Below are positions 5,588-6,635 of a stretch of 6,635 bases of DNA, piece by piece. The notes under the pieces are model-generated. The model was not told the DNA's origin and ran no database searches. It saw nothing but the letters and a program-made list of their open reading frames with translations. Position 1 is the first letter of the stretch. Every line of letters begins with the position of its first letter. A program made the position numbers and the translations under genes. This DNA is from a virus. Lineage: Duplodnaviria > Heunggongvirae > Uroviricota > Caudoviricetes. The DNA is taken from IMG/VR virus record IMGVR_UViG_2574180227_000018; one strand, written 5' to 3'.

Positions 5588-5595
5588 TTAAAGGA

Positions 5596-5618
5596 AAAGG
5601 GTGCGATAAGCACCCTTT
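5596..5618. terminator. Bidirectional terminator hairpin between the convergent Sv' cassette and tfa (9-bp stem, 5-nt loop)
   Basis: aaagggtgc gataa gcacccttt. On the minus strand it directly follows the tfa stop and is followed by a UUUUCCUUU tract. Confidence 0.6.
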
Positions 5619-5621
5619 ACG

Positions 5622-6164
5622 TTATTCAGGCTTCTCCGGCCATTTAATGTCGTCAAATTCAGCTTTGTTTTTAATCGCTGGTAGTTCCATTTTTTTCACC
5701 TGACTGATGTATGCCATCCATCGGGTAAGTGCGGCTCTGTCTTCATCACTGATGGTGCCCAGCTGTAATTCTGTTCTCCAGTCATTAATTTTTTCATATG
5801 CCTGATTAAGATATGACTGGCGCATTGCTTCCAGTTTTCTTGCGTAGTTAACCGGAATACGGGAGATCACGCCATTATCAAACTTCCAGTTACCCGAAAT
5901 ATCAGCACCTTCAGGGAGTTCGTCGACTTCAACCACAGAGAACCCCGCAGGATACAGCGCCGAAGCGTCCTGTGATATTGAGCAGATAATGCCGCTGTCA
6001 GGTGTTATACAAAGTTTATATTTTTTTGTGAATAATGGCAGGGACTCGTAGAAATCCTTACCATCTTCACTCTGAAAATACTGTACATCATTACCATAGA
6101 GGGTATTTTCCGGGTAATATCGTTTAACATTAATCAGTTGCATAAACATCACCATGTGAATCAA
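5622..6164 (-). CDS. tfa: Tail fiber assembly protein (Tfa chaperone; P2 G / Mu U / lambda Tfa family); probable start at ATG 6143
   Basis: C-terminal region LGTISDEDRAALTRWMAYISQV...DIKWPEKPE resembles the conserved Tfa C-terminus (lambda Tfa ends ...PDIEWPAVP), with SEDGKDFYE and ADISGNWKFDNGVI blocks upstream. The ORF-track start at 6164 is a TTG without SD; ATG 6143 has a GGTGA SD. Confidence 0.85.
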   Translation of the reverse strand: MIHMVMFMQLINVKRYYPENTLYGNDVQYFQSEDGKDFYESLPLFTKKYKLCITPDSGIICSISQDASALYPAGFSVVEVDELPEGADISGNWKFDNGVISRIPVNYARKLEAMRQSYLNQAYEKINDWRTELQLGTISDEDRAALTRWMAYISQVKKMELPAIKNKAEFDDIKWPEKPE

Positions 6165-6263
6165 TGATAAAAACAGGAATAATACTATCGCTATATACGG
6201 ACAGGGGTTGTCTGAGATAACGCATATATCAGGCGCTGCCTGCCGTACGCCATGAGCCGTTAA

Positions 6264-6635
6264 TTAAATACTTGCAGCGGATACCCAATTCCCATTAATA
6301 CAATATTGTATCTGTCTGTAATAAACACGGTCATCACCACCACGCATTTCCCAGTCTCCGTCAGTCTTAAAACCGGTAATCACATTTCCTGATGACAGGG
6401 AGTAATTATATTCCAGTACGCCGCTTAATGCCTGCGCTCCCAGTCTTACCCCTGTAACATAACGCTGATTGGCCGTTGATTCCGGCATTCCTGACGTAAT
6501 GTTTATATCCCGCGTCCCGTCGAAAGGAACACCATTAATATTTCTTGGGGTGGCGAGTCTGTTTGCTGCCACGGCGGTTCCCCCCGATGGCAGGGCATCA
6601 GCGGCCTTATTTACCGTTTCCCGTAAACCGAGGTT
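6264..6635 (-). CDS. Tail fiber protein, C-terminal variable part (Sv-like), 5'-truncated by the window edge; currently expressed orientation
   Basis: The reading frame is open from the last base of the window through the inverted repeat to the stop at 6264-6266. The ORF-track GTG at 6572 is internal. Homologous to the + strand cassette. Confidence 0.8.
   Translation of the reverse strand, partial: NLGLRETVNKAADALPSGGTAVAANRLATPRNINGVPFDGTRDINITSGMPESTANQRYVTGVRLGAQALSGVLEYNYSLSSGNVITGFKTDGDWEMRGGDDRVYYRQIQYCINGNWVSAASI
6610..6635. repeat. Inverted repeat, right arm (26 bp), part of the right inversion site, which continues past the window edge
   Basis: Reverse complement equals 5201-5226. 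The predicted crossover dinucleotide is at 6630-6631, so the outer half-site lies beyond the window. Confidence 0.85.

Larger units (their letters stand above)
5205..6631. other. Invertible DNA segment (about 1.43 kb, G/P-segment-like) carrying two fiber C-terminal cassettes and one tfa
   Basis: Bounded by the inverted crossover sites and adjacent to the pin-family invertase. It holds two diverged fiber cassettes in opposite orientations. Confidence 0.75.

Noticed and set aside
5152-5591. Minus-strand ORFs 5152-5385 and 5210-5413, and + ORF 5394-5591, overlapping the silent fibre cassette
   Set aside because: The + frame from 5201 is the one homologous to the expressed fibre C-terminus; the others are overlapping shadows. 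The ORF-track ATG at 5348 is internal to the cassette, not a true start.
6264-6572. The ORF-track call of a 102-aa protein starting at GTG 6572
   Set aside because: The same frame stays open up to the window edge and remains homologous to the + strand cassette across the inverted repeat, so this is the 3' end of a longer fibre gene, not a stand-alone small gene.
1-6635. CRISPR arrays, tRNA or rRNA genes, insertion sequences or transposases
   Set aside because: No regularly spaced direct repeats, no tRNA-like cloverleaf candidates, and no transposase-like ORF were seen on either strand. The only recombinase is the serine invertase.

Overview
This window reads as an enterobacterial-type (about 50% GC) prophage tail-fiber and cargo locus, with almost every gene on the minus strand. 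In minus-strand gene order (right to left): the 3' end of a tail fiber gene entering from beyond the right edge (6264-6635), a tail fiber assembly chaperone (5622-6143/6164), a silent alternative tail-fiber C-terminal cassette on the + strand (5201-5587), a Pin/Gin/Hin/Cin-family serine DNA invertase (4578-5138), a 679-aa SGNH/SASA-type carbohydrate esterase (2439-4478), two small genes (2107-2289 and 1826-2071), one convergent small + strand gene (1617-1787), and a Mu Com-like zinc-finger gene (1022-1207) overlapping the start of a complete C5-cytosine DNA methyltransferase (1-1053). The fiber cassettes lie in an invertible segment bounded by a 26-bp perfect inverted repeat (5201-5226 and 6610-6635) with a gix/pix-like core; the right site is cut by the window edge. 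The layout matches the right end of phage Mu (G segment, gin, com, mom), except that a cytosine methyltransferase takes the place of Mom and about 3 kb of cargo sits between the invertase and com. I see no canonical defence system (no nuclease, ATPase or helicase gene). The most interesting candidates are the Com-controlled methyltransferase module and the uncharacterised small-gene cluster with opposite-strand terminator hairpins. No tRNA, rRNA, CRISPR array or transposase was found. All calls come from reading the sequence and recalled family motifs; no database search was run.
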